A stretch of 61,445 nucleotides of DNA, filler included, from Basidiobolus meristosporus CBS 931.73 (taxonomy: Eukaryota; Fungi; Basidiobolomycota): NCBI GenBank assembly GCA_002104905.1. It is 4 parts of 4 records of this genome, joined end to end, with 100 filler letters (N's around TTAATTAATTAA, not from the genome) between each part and the next. Parts side by side here need not be neighbours in the genome. Positions count along the whole stretch, not along the records: positions 1 to 21,162 come from MCFE01000994.1; 3 more parts are not named here. One strand, written 5' to 3'. Below, one piece after another: positions 12,385-21,262 of this stretch (positions are counted from its first letter, which is position 1; every line of letters starts with the position of its first letter). Under the pieces are notes generated by a model. The model did no database searches. It saw only the letters and a list, made by a program, of their open reading frames with translations, and had not been told where the DNA came from. The position numbers were made by a program, and so were the translations under genes.

Positions 12385-12395
12385 TACTCCCACAC

Positions 12396-15300
12396 TTAAA
12401 GAGGTTCTTCTCCTGAAGAGTCCTGTCTATCGGACTTGTAATACCAGTATTTGGTTGGTGGTGTCATTGGATTTTTTAGCTGTGCTTCCTTTAGTCGGTC
12501 TCTATGTACGAGGTCCTCCTTTACTTTACCTGACATGTCTGCGAGTTGAAATGTATTGAAGGGCATTTCTCTTGTGATAATAAAGGGTCCAACCCAATGT
12601 GGTTCTAGTTTTAGCCTACTTTCATTTCGGACTAATACAAGTTTTCCCAAAGTTAAGGGTTTTGTTACCACTGTTTTGTTGTACTGTTCTTTCATCTTCT
12701 CTGCTTGTTGTTTTAAATTCTTGATGGCATCATGTCTTGCATGTCCTAATTCTTCCAGTTCCCTTGTTCTGAATTCCGCCAAGTCTTTTTGGTTCTTTAA
12801 GTCCCAGATGTATGGTGGTAAGGTATCACCTGGGATTCTTGGATGTGTACCATACACTAGGTAGAAGGGGGACTTTTGTGTTGCTGAATGGACTCTAATA
12901 CGACAGGCAAAGAGTGCTTGATGTACAAATTCATCCCACTTATGTTTGGCTCCTTTGACATAAGTAGTCAGCATCTTCCCAAAGAGTCCATTGAACCTCT
13001 CTGTAACCCCATTTGTTCTAGGGTGGTATGCTGATGTCTTCAAATGTCTAACCCCCATTATCTGAAGGTATTCTTTCAAGGTTTGTTCCAAAAAGTTTGC
13101 TCCTCTGTCAGACAGAATTTCACCTGGGCATCCAAACTGCATAAAGATTTCCAGGTAAAGGAATTTTGCAACATTTTTTGCAGTAGCTGCTGGCATGGCT
13201 TTTGCTATACACCACTTAGTGGTATGGTCAATTGCAGTTATGATCCACTTGTTCCCTCTTGAAGTTTCAGGCAAGATTTCAATGAAGTCAATTCCCCATC
13301 TGTAGAATGCTGGAACTGGAGTCAGTGGTTCTAATGGGGCATGTTCCTTGTTGTATGGTCTAGCCAGCTGGCACTCAGGGCAGGTCTTGAGGGTCTCAGC
13401 TATAAATTGTTTGAGTTTAGGCCACCAGGCTCTCCTTTTAGTTATTTCATAAGTTCCTTGGATGCCCCGATGTCCAAAGGCTTTATGATTCTTGATTATC
13501 ATGTCACCTCTGTATACAAATGGAATATATGGTACAGGCCCTATTTCTTCCATGTGTCTGTAAAGTACCTCGTCTTCACCATATGAGAAATTCTCTGCTT
13601 CTTTCTTAATTTTGGCCCTTACTTCCTGTGATAAATCTTCTGGCATTGTCTGACTTGCCAAGTACTCTGGCATGTATTCTGGCCAGTCCAACTCATGATC
13701 TACCATTGATATATGTTGCCTTGAGAGTGCATCAGCAACTGTATTCTTTGGCCCAGGGAGGTAGTGGATTTTAAAATCAAATTGTTGTAGTTCTTCAATC
13801 CATCTAGTTATTCTCCTGGATAATAGCTTCTGGGTGTGAATGTATCTTAGGGATGCATGATCTGTATATACCACAAAGTGTTTGCCCTCCAAGTAGCATC
13901 TCCACACCCTCAGACAATGTAGTATGGCATAGAGTTCTTTTTCATGGACTGGGTAGTTTTGTTCAGTTACTGATAGCTTTTTGGACTCATAAGCAACCGG
14001 GTGTTCTTTTTGAGTCAGTACCCCTCCAACAGCTAGATCTGAAGCATCAGTGTATACACAGAAAGGTTCTGAGAAATCAGGCAACTGAAGCACAGGAGTT
14101 TGGCATAGCTTTTCTTTCAGAGTTAGGAAAGCTGTCTCACAGTTTGGGGTCCATATATAGTCTTTCTCTTTTTTGGTCAAGTCTGTAAGGGGGGCTGCAA
14201 TAGTTGCAAAGTCCCTGATGAATCTTCTGTAATATGATGCAAGTCCCAGGAAGGATCTCATTTCAGTGAGTGACTTTGGGGCTTCCCATTTCTGGATAGC
14301 ATCTATCTTGGCTGGATCCATGTGTAGTCCTTTATCTGAGATTATGTGACCAAGGTATTCAACTGATCTGGTGAGGAATTCACACTTAGGAAGTTGTGCA
14401 TATAGCTGGTGCTTTTTTAGTATAGCCAGTACTGTCTTCAAGTGCTTCATGTGGTCATCCATGCTGGTACTATAGATCAGAATGTCATCTAAGTAGACCA
14501 GGACAAATTTCTCTAAATATGGTTCTAGGATGCTATTCATGAGTGTCTGAAATGTTGCTGGGGCATTAGTCAGGCCAAAGCTCATCACAACAAACTCATA
14601 ATGACCATATCTTGTGTTGAATGCTGTCTTAGAGGTGTCTTCAGGCTTAATTCTGATTTGGTGATATCCAGATGCTAGGTCTATTTTAGAGAATATCTTT
14701 GCCTTCCCCAGTTGGTCAAAGAGGGCATCAATTCTTGGTAATGGGTAGGAATTTCTGACAGTGATTGCATTTAGGGCCCTGTAGTCCACACAGAACCGTA
14801 GCTTCCCATCCTTCTTTGGAGCAAAGAGTACTGGAGCTCCCCATGGTGATTTACTGGGTTTTATCCAGCCTTTAGCCAGGTAGTCCTTCAATGTTTCCTT
14901 CAAAGTATCCATTTCCTTTGGGGAGAACTTATATGGGGCTCTGTTTCTTGGTTTATCATCTGTTACTTCTATGGCATGGTCAATCTCTCTGCTTGGGGGT
15001 AGTGCAGGGATTTCCTTGGGAAAAACCTCTTGAAACTCTGCTAACAAGGTCTTGAGCCTGACATTTGTCACTTCTGTGGTCTCTTGGATTTTGGCAAAGG
15101 CTATCATGTGCAACAGTTTGGGATTCTGTCTGATAGAGTGGGCAAACTGTTTCTTTGATATGGTGTGTTCTGGTGCATTGCCTTTGTCCAGGGTTGGTTT
15201 GGGTGACAGATGATATTTTGCATCTTCCTTGTTGATTACAACTTCCTGAGTCTGCCAGTTTATGTCAGGATTGTGCTTTCTTAGCCAAGTTTGTCCCACA

Positions 15301-16745
15301 TTGATTTCAAAGTTGGCTTGGGGTATGATAATTGGGGAAATGGTGTCTTGGAAGTCCCTGATTTGTAAAGTCAAGGGTTCAGTCCTGCTGTTCACTATAA
15401 TTGATTCCTTGGTGGCACAGAGGATGTGAATTGGGGGGCAAGGGATTGTTTGTAGCTTCATCTGATCAGCTACATCTTTTGAAATGTAGACATCAGTTGC
15501 TCCACTGTCAATGAGTACAGAGACACATTGGTTGTTGTTGAGAATCCCTGGGAGTTTCAGCATCTTTGGGGTAGTATATAAGCTCTGAGTCCTCTGATAC
15601 TCCTTAACAAGGCTGATTGTGTGCTCCTCCTCCTTAGTGGAGAGTTGGAATACTCTTTGTAATGGCCTCTTTGGGCATTCATTGACTTTATGACCCTGTT
15701 CCTTGCAGTAAAAGCATAGTCCAAGCTTGAAGCATTCCTCTTTAGAAGGTCTTGGTGTGCTCTGCATAACATCTAGGTCCATAGGCTCCAGTGTTTGGGG
15801 GTAGTGTGCACCTTGTTCAGTGATTGGTTGACTACTAATAGGTATGTGGTTATTGGCTTTGAAGCCTGTAGTAGTTCTTGAGTGACCAATTCTGTGGTTG
15901 ACAGCCCTTCTGAAGTGTATGGCATCATATCTTTCTGCCAGTTCCATAGCCTCTACTAGGGTTTTGGGGTCTTTGTATTCAATTTCCCATCTAGTGTTGG
16001 ATTTCAGGCCTCTTAGGTATTGCTCAAGTAGTTCAGTATCAGGCATGTTTTGAATTTCCATACTAAGCAAGTTAAACTGCTCATTGTACTCTTGAACAGA
16101 CTTGGCTTGAAAGAGTTTGGACAGTTTTTCTCTTGCCATTCTATCAGCATTGATAGGTGTAAACCTCTTTCTCAATGCTTTAACAAAGTCAGCCCAGGAG
16201 GCTATGGGTGGAAAGATGCCCCTATTCATTCCTTGAATGTGAAGTTTCCACCACATGGTTGCTTCCTTTCTGAAAAGTGAACAGGCATAATGTACTTTGA
16301 CTTCTTCAGAGTCATCTGAGAAGTATAGGTACTGCTCTACTTCAAATATCCAAGTCTCTAGAGTGGCAGTGTGTCTTTTGCCTTCAAAGATGTTGGGTTT
16401 CTGAAGTTTCAGATTTGTTGCTCTATATTGTTTTGTGAAGTCCAGAGAGCCTTGCCCATCTTCTCCAAGATTCAAGGAATTGGGAGGCACCGCAGGTCTT
16501 ACAGATGAGGCTTCACCCTCTCTCTGTATACCTTGACCAGTAAACCATGATCTCTGGGTGTTCACAAAATGTAAAGAGTCCAAGTCTGTCTGCCTACCCA
16601 TTCTTGGGTCCAGACTAGGGAGGGCCGCAGGCTCAGTTGTGTGGGACTGTCCTTGACCGGCTAACTCAGCAACTTGTTGTTCAAGACTCTCAATATAGGC
16701 CAACATTTCTTCTGAAGAGCTAAATTTTGGCTTTTCTTCACTCAT
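12396..16745 (-). CDS. Gypsy Gag-Pol polyprotein, single open frame of 1449 aa (Gag, CCHC, protease, RT, RNase H, integrase)
   Basis: [14 protein letters not shown]; VLIDSGAT; YLDDILIYS; VYTDASD..ELYAI..VYTDH; H..GH..C..C zinc finger; WGIDF/SDRG/TERFN DDE; GPF motif; no obvious chromodomain. Confidence 0.97.
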   Translation of the reverse strand: MSEEKPKFSSSEEMLAYIESLEQQVAELAGQGQSHTTEPAALPSLDPRMGRQTDLDSLHFVNTQRSWFTGQGIQREGEASSVRPAVPPNSLNLGEDGQGSLDFTKQYRATNLKLQKPNIFEGKRHTATLETWIFEVEQYLYFSDDSEEVKVHYACSLFRKEATMWWKLHIQGMNRGIFPPIASWADFVKALRKRFTPINADRMAREKLSKLFQAKSVQEYNEQFNLLSMEIQNMPDTELLEQYLRGLKSNTRWEIEYKDPKTLVEAMELAERYDAIHFRRAVNHRIGHSRTTTGFKANNHIPISSQPITEQGAHYPQTLEPMDLDVMQSTPRPSKEECFKLGLCFYCKEQGHKVNECPKRPLQRVFQLSTKEEEHTISLVKEYQRTQSLYTTPKMLKLPGILNNNQCVSVLIDSGATDVYISKDVADQMKLQTIPCPPIHILCATKESIIVNSRTEPLTLQIRDFQDTISPIIIPQANFEINVGQTWLRKHNPDINWQTQEVVINKEDAKYHLSPKPTLDKGNAPEHTISKKQFAHSIRQNPKLLHMIAFAKIQETTEVTNVRLKTLLAEFQEVFPKEIPALPPSREIDHAIEVTDDKPRNRAPYKFSPKEMDTLKETLKDYLAKGWIKPSKSPWGAPVLFAPKKDGKLRFCVDYRALNAITVRNSYPLPRIDALFDQLGKAKIFSKIDLASGYHQIRIKPEDTSKTAFNTRYGHYEFVVMSFGLTNAPATFQTLMNSILEPYLEKFVLVYLDDILIYSTSMDDHMKHLKTVLAILKKHQLYAQLPKCEFLTRSVEYLGHIISDKGLHMDPAKIDAIQKWEAPKSLTEMRSFLGLASYYRRFIRDFATIAAPLTDLTKKEKDYIWTPNCETAFLTLKEKLCQTPVLQLPDFSEPFCVYTDASDLAVGGVLTQKEHPVAYESKKLSVTEQNYPVHEKELYAILHCLRVWRCYLEGKHFVVYTDHASLRYIHTQKLLSRRITRWIEELQQFDFKIHYLPGPKNTVADALSRQHISMVDHELDWPEYMPEYLASQTMPEDLSQEVRAKIKKEAENFSYGEDEVLYRHMEEIGPVPYIPFVYRGDMIIKNHKAFGHRGIQGTYEITKRRAWWPKLKQFIAETLKTCPECQLARPYNKEHAPLEPLTPVPAFYRWGIDFIEILPETSRGNKWIITAIDHTTKWCIAKAMPAATAKNVAKFLYLEIFMQFGCPGEILSDRGANFLEQTLKEYLQIMGVRHLKTSAYHPRTNGVTERFNGLFGKMLTTYVKGAKHKWDEFVHQALFACRIRVHSATQKSPFYLVYGTHPRIPGDTLPPYIWDLKNQKDLAEFRTRELEELGHARHDAIKNLKQQAEKMKEQYNKTVVTKPLTLGKLVLVRNESRLKLEPHWVGPFIITREMPFNTFQLADMSGKVKEDLVHRDRLKEAQLKNPMTPPTKYWYYKSDRQDSSGEEPL

Positions 16746-16930
16746 TTTGTTTTTGGGTATTGTTTGATTTGCGGTAGGCGGGTGTGTTTACCAAGGGGGC
16801 TGGTTCTCTGGCAGAATTGACTGGGTACTGTTTTTTTTCTTTTTTTGAGTGAAACGGAGGGTTTCTCTGGGAGGTTGGGAGGGTCTCGGGCAGGTACGGA
16901 GGGTATCTCTGGACAATTGGAAGAATATCT

Positions 16931-17090
16931 GGGAGATCGGAAGAGTTTCTGGGAGATCGGAAGAGTTTCTGGGAGATCGGAAGAGTTTCTGAGAGATTGG
17001 AAAAGTTTCTGGGAGATCGGAAGAGTTTCTGAGAGATTGGAAAAGTTTCTGGGAGATCGGAAGAGTTTCTGAGAGATTGGAAAAGTTTCT
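16931..17090. repeat. Eight 20-bp tandem units in the Gypsy 5' leader
   Basis: A=GGGAGATCGGAAGAGTTTCT, B=GAGAGATTGGAAAAGTTTCT, order A A A B A B A B. Confidence 0.95.
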
Positions 17091-17130
17091 GGGAGGTACG
17101 GAGGTTTTTGTTTTTTGGAGATCGGAGGTT

Positions 17131-17141
17131 CGCTGCTACCA
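17131..17141 (-). promoter_or_regulatory. Gypsy primer-binding site, probably initiator tRNA-Met 3' end
   Basis: TGGTAGCAGCG one nt inside the 5' LTR, complementary to an acceptor end ...CGCUGCUACCA; the iMet assignment is inferred from typical iMet acceptor stems. Confidence 0.75.
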
Positions 17142-17142
17142 A

Positions 17143-17452
17143 TGTTATGAATCGAGGGCAAGCGGAGGAGGACCGGAGGATGTCCAATACGAATCAGAGA
17201 GGTTATCTGAATAGTTGATGAACCGGTAAAAGGTTGATGCTTTATTGATAGTGTTCAAAGGAGTTTATATAGAGATAGCCTCGGAGGGAGAGCTTCCGAT
17301 AACGTAGGGCAAGCTTCCAAAAGGAGGGTTCAAGATGTATTAAATAACGTGTGTATCACTGAGTGCGATTGATCGTCTGTGTGGAATTCCAGGTGTTCGA
17401 TCAGTAGTGTTCAAGTGATCGGTAGTGACTAGTTAGGATTTAAATCATAACA
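17143..17452 (-). repeat. 5' LTR of the Gypsy element
   Basis: 310 bp, TGTTATGA...TCATAACA. Confidence 0.95.
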
Positions 17453-17552
17453 CGCTATACATCAAGGCAACGAAGTACCAAGTCTTATGAGGAGAGTACA
17501 TGTTGTAAAATGGGGTTTTATGTAGGTAGTTAACTACGTAACAAATGTAAGT

Positions 17553-17624
17553 GGGGGGTTGGCGCAACGGTAGCGCGTTCGCCTCCAGAGCGAAAGGTTG
17601 CGTGTTCAAATCACGCACTCCTCA
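17553..17624 (+). tRNA. tRNA-Trp(CCA)
   Basis: GGGGGGT..ACTCCTCA acceptor, TTCGC-CT-CCA-GA-GCGAA, GTTCAAATC T-loop, T-run downstream. Confidence 0.93.
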
Positions 17625-17824
17625 CTGATTTTTGTTTTGGTGGGTGTTGTATCAGTAGGACCTTGGCCAGTCCCCATATATGAAAAAAGATCGATCACTT
17701 TTTGTGTGTATGCTTCACGTAAGGATGGCCTTGATCATTTTGGTATTCTCTACACGGGGCCCTTGAGCTTGCGGCTTTCCTGCATATCATCCCAACCACT
17801 AATAAAAACATAGGACAAAAGTAT

Positions 17825-17895
17825 TTCCCCATCGGGGAATCGAACCCGGCCGTCTCGGTGAAAGCGAGAAATCCTAACCACTGGACCAATGAGGA
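17825..17895 (-). tRNA. tRNA-Glu(TTC); T-stem appears one G short
   Basis: TCCTCAT..ATGGGGAA, TCTCG-CT-TTC-AC-CGAGA; 71 nt vs 72 nt for the Glu(CTC) paralogue. Confidence 0.85.
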
Positions 17896-18076
17896 AGTTA
17901 TTGTTAGAAAGCAAGCAAAATTCTATATTCCCACAAGACTTTACTCCATTCAGAATGCTCACTGTATCATGTACCCATCTTCACATTGAACCCTACCAAT
18001 GCAGATGGGTAGCTAGTCGCAAGGTATAATCAGTGAACATAACATGAAGTCAGGTAATGGGTCAAATACTGAATTC

Positions 18077-18147
18077 GCCATTGTAGTATAGTGGCAGTAC
18101 ATCGCGTTGTGGCCGCGTCGACCTCGGTTCGATTCCGAGCAATGGCA
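18077..18147 (+). tRNA. tRNA-His(GTG)
   Basis: GCCATTG..CAATGGCA, loop TT-GTG-GC, GGTTCGATTCC, followed by T-runs. Confidence 0.93.
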
Positions 18148-18448
18148 TTTTATTTTAGTGGTTGTCAGATCAGTACAGCCCACAGACTTGCATTCAAGGT
18201 GCAAATGAACCACATTTTGAAAGTGCATTACTAGATAGCGTGTGTTCTCATACAAGCACAATCTGGCATCGTTGGTAGCTTTGTGTTTCCTTTTGTTACA
18301 AGCTATTTGGCAATAATTAACGACCACTGAAAATTGACGAATTTGGAAGTTCTTTTAATCACAAAAAAATTAGTATCGAGTGACATGAACACTCTAGGTT
18401 TGCGAACCTTTCTAGTCGTAAGAAAAATATGAGATGGATGTAATATAC

Positions 18449-18531
18449 GGTAACATGGCCGAGTTGGTCTAAGGCGCCGCACTCAAGTTGCGGTCTCGTA
18501 AGAGGCGTGAGTTCGAATCTCACTGTTACCA
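18449..18531 (+). tRNA. tRNA-Leu(CAA)
   Basis: GGTAACA..TGTTACCA, CT-CAA-GT loop, variable arm CTC-GTAA-GAG, GTTCGAATC, TTTTT terminator. Confidence 0.96.
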
Positions 18532-18656
18532 ATCCTTTTTGGTTCACAGCCCCTTCATTGTATTCTTCATTGGCGGGCTACAGAAATAAATATTTAATGC
18601 AAGATTATGAGTGAGTAAGTAGTATAATATAGATTAGCTTATAACAGGTAGTTGCT

Positions 18657-18728
18657 GGTTTCGTGGTGTAATGGTTAGCACCCAGGACTTTGAATCCTGT
18701 AATCCGAGTTCGATTCTCGGCGAGACCT
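18657..18728 (+). tRNA. tRNA-Gln(TTG)
   Basis: Canonical cloverleaf, CT-TTG-AA loop. Confidence 0.96.
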
Positions 18729-18833
18729 AATTTTCTGCGATTTTTAGAAAACAATAGCTTCAACATACTTTATTAAATAAGATCATGTTAAATGTTTAGT
18801 CATATATTTAAAGAGAGAAGGATTGATATATCA

Positions 18834-18915
18834 GACAATATGGCCGAGTGGTTAAGGCGTATGACTAGAAATCATATGGGCTCTGCCCGCGCAGGTTCAA
18901 ATCCTGCTGTTGTCG
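18834..18915 (+). tRNA. tRNA-Ser(AGA)
   Basis: Canonical cloverleaf with long variable arm, CT-AGA-AA loop. Confidence 0.96.
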
Positions 18916-18920
18916 TATAT

Positions 18921-18994
18921 GCTCGCATAGCTCAGTTGGTTAGAGCGTGGTGCTAATAACGCCAAGGTCGCAGGTTCGACCCCTGCTGTGAGCA
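18921..18994 (+). tRNA. tRNA-Ile(AAT)
   Basis: Canonical cloverleaf, CT-AAT-AA loop, TTTTT terminator directly after. Confidence 0.96.
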
Positions 18995-19439
18995 TTTTTA
19001 CCTTTTTCTGTGTGCAGTATTTAGTTGGAGTAGGGGCAGGGTGTTGAATGGAAGTCGGATGGTCACTTGTATGGTACTTTATTCATGAGTAAATCCATTT
19101 TAGCGCTTATTTGTCAATCAGTGCTCAAAGTAGAAATTGTGATTTTTATTGAATTCAATCTAATCAATGTACAATCAAAGGCCAACAACGTTGCAGCAAT
19201 ATACCCATTTTATTGTGTAGTAAATATCGTGTGTATGTTTTTACTGAGTCAGAAGATATACACTGTGCAGCTGGGGGAAATTGACACACATCATAGATGG
19301 GTGGGAGAGGGAAAATGTATTTTCATACGTAGGCTAATTGTTCAAATTGTTTTTGCCAGCCCGATAGCCTCCCTAATATGCTTTACCAAGTATTAAATAG
19401 TGTGCGTTATAAATTAAATATTTCACTTGATAGATATCT

Positions 19440-19511
19440 TCTCAGATAGTATAGTGGTAAGTATCCCCGCCTGTCACGCGGGAGACCCGGGTTCAATTCC
19501 CGGTCTGAGAG
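19440..19511 (+). tRNA. tRNA-Asp(GTC)
   Basis: TCTCAGA..TCTGAGAG, CCCGC-CT-GTC-AC-GCGGG, GGTTCAATTCC, T-runs after. Confidence 0.96.
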
Positions 19512-19779
19512 TTTTCTTTTGGCTATTTGGATGATGGGATTAATTGAAGGTTGGGTTTGATGATACGTGATGGTGTGGGCAATGGCCTTTTTATGAAAGA
19601 ACATAACAGCTAGTAGACATCACAATGCTATCGAGTGAATAATCAAATAAACTATTGTATTGCAGAGGATATGCACTGATTGCAGCCATCATGTCTAGAG
19701 CTTATCATGCCATGAAACTTACAAAAGTAAGTTTGAGTATTAGTATTCCGAGTAACATGGAACATAAAAAATTGTTGTA

Positions 19780-19852
19780 CGAGCATACCAGGGATCGAAC
19801 CTGGAATCTCCTGATCCGTAGTCAGGCGCCTTATCCATTTGGCCATACGCCC
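19780..19852 (-). tRNA. tRNA-Arg(ACG)
   Basis: GGGCGTA..TATGCTCG, CCTGA-CT-ACG-GA-TCAGG, GGTTCGATCCC. Confidence 0.95.
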
Positions 19853-20024
19853 ATGTACAGTCATATTGGAGGTCGGATCATTAACAATTGTACATACATC
19901 TAAACATGTGCTAGCAACAAGAAAGATCTATAGTTTGTCGCTGATCCTCTCTTGTGATCACAAAATAATTTCATCTCGAGTCACTCGTACTACACCAACT
20001 TACAAAAAGTTACTGAATGTGAAC

Positions 20025-20096
20025 TTCCGCATCGGGGAATCGAACCCCGGCCTTCTCGGTGAGAGCGAGAGATCCTGACCACTGGACCAATGCGGA
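20025..20096 (-). tRNA. tRNA-Glu(CTC)
   Basis: TCCGCAT..ATGCGGAA, TCTCG-CT-CTC-AC-CGAGA, GGTTCGATTCC. Confidence 0.96.
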
Positions 20097-20449
20097 TATT
20101 CTTGAACCAGGGAAGATTTATGCGTCCATGGATGGACATGTAACTGAACTGTTGTATTTCATTCGGCCAAGTATAGTTGTTATACTTTGGAGGTGTATTT
20201 GCGGCAGTCATGCAAAGCTCACCGTAGCTACACAATAGAGTCACATGTGATACGCTACTGCCTGTACTCTTTTCTGTCTTGCTCAATTGCCAATGGTACA
20301 TTACATTACGTGGTAAGGTAATGCCTATACTTATTTCGTTATTAGAGTGATCCGGTCATCTGGGATGATCAATCTCAAGGGGAGAAGGGGCTTGGGAATA
20401 AATCTATTACGTTACATCTCTGATTATTGCGTTGCTCCCTTTATCAAGT

Positions 20450-20519
20450 GCATACTTGGTTTAGTGGTATAATTACCGCCTGCCACGCGGTAGACCGGGG
20501 TTCGATTCCCGAGTATGCA
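20450..20519 (+). tRNA. tRNA-Gly(GCC); T-stem appears one C short
   Basis: GCATACT..AGTATGCA, CCGC-CT-GCC-AC-GCGG, GGTTCGATTCC; 70 nt. Confidence 0.88.
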
Positions 20520-21162
20520 TTTTGCTCGCATTTTGTCTAATTATGGCTGCTTTCACTCAAAAAACCGCATCTCTGTTTTCTGCTTCTCCTCTCAACTGTG
20601 ACAAGGGTCACTTTTGCACCGTACACAATCTTCTCCCTAACCCTAGGGATGTGTTTCTCCTCGAAGATGTGTAAACACTAAATCTAGACACAGGGATGAA
20701 TGCCTTTAGCCTCTGGATTGTAGGGTGTGCATCTCAATCCTTCATGAATACTTAATTCTTGGTAACGTTGAGCACATCCTGGGCAAACAAGTTTAGGGTT
20801 AATAAAAGTGAATAAACATTTTTACTCGGTCACGCGCAAACTTTTGCAAAACTGAGTATAGATAATTTTTTCATAACGGCCCAGGTATGTGCCACATTGC
20901 TTATGCTGACAAAGTGCTTATGCCAGCTTCGAACCCATGGGTTAGTTGTCACAGCTAGACGCATTAACAAGAGTGATTTCCTAACCATCGATGCACTGCT
21001 ATCTAGAATAGAAATGGTATCGTAGCAGTATGCACACATAGAACTTTGTGTCCATCTACGTACAATATGAAGATGGGTAACATAATGCGTAGAAGATTGA
21101 AATAGCATATTTACTAGCTGAAAGACCACTACAAAGAAAAGCAGTTATATTCAGAGTTGAAG

Positions 21163-21262
21163 NNNNNNNNNNNNNNNNNNNNNNNNNNNNNNNNNNNNNN
21201 NNNNNNTTAATTAATTAANNNNNNNNNNNNNNNNNNNNNNNNNNNNNNNNNNNNNNNNNNNN
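21163..21262. other. Artificial contig linker
   Basis: 44 N + TTAATTAATTAA (stops in all six frames) + 44 N. Confidence 0.97.

Larger units (their letters stand above)
12075..17452 (-). mobile_element. Full-length Ty3/Gypsy LTR retrotransposon
   Basis: Two 310-bp LTRs (TGTTATGA...TCATAACA), PBS, purine-rich tract GTGTGGGAGTA before the 3' LTR, uninterrupted gag-pol; flanks ATTAC and CGCTA do not form a TSD. Confidence 0.97.
18440..19470 (+). repeat. Right arm of the 1.03-kb inverted repeat (partner 11042-12074)
   Basis: See left arm; keeps the CpGs lost in the left arm. Confidence 0.95.

Noticed and set aside
16931-17090. Regular 20-bp repeats as a possible CRISPR array
   Set aside because: No unique spacers, eukaryotic context, lies in an LTR-element leader
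16738-17187. 149-aa and 139-aa ORFs upstream of gag
   Set aside because: By-products of stop-free tandem repeats spanning LTR, PBS and leader; no domain
17643-17770. Short matches to U6atac (GTGTTGTAT, AAGGATGG), RNase MRP (AGTCCCC, ACACGGGGC) and U6/U3 (CGTGAAGC)
   Set aside because: Core motifs and spacing of each family are missing, so no family call was made; kept only as an unassigned candidate
21207-21218. Palindromic TTAATTAATTAA inside N runs, three times
   Set aside because: Identical 100-bp layout each time with six-frame stops: a contig-joining linker, not biology
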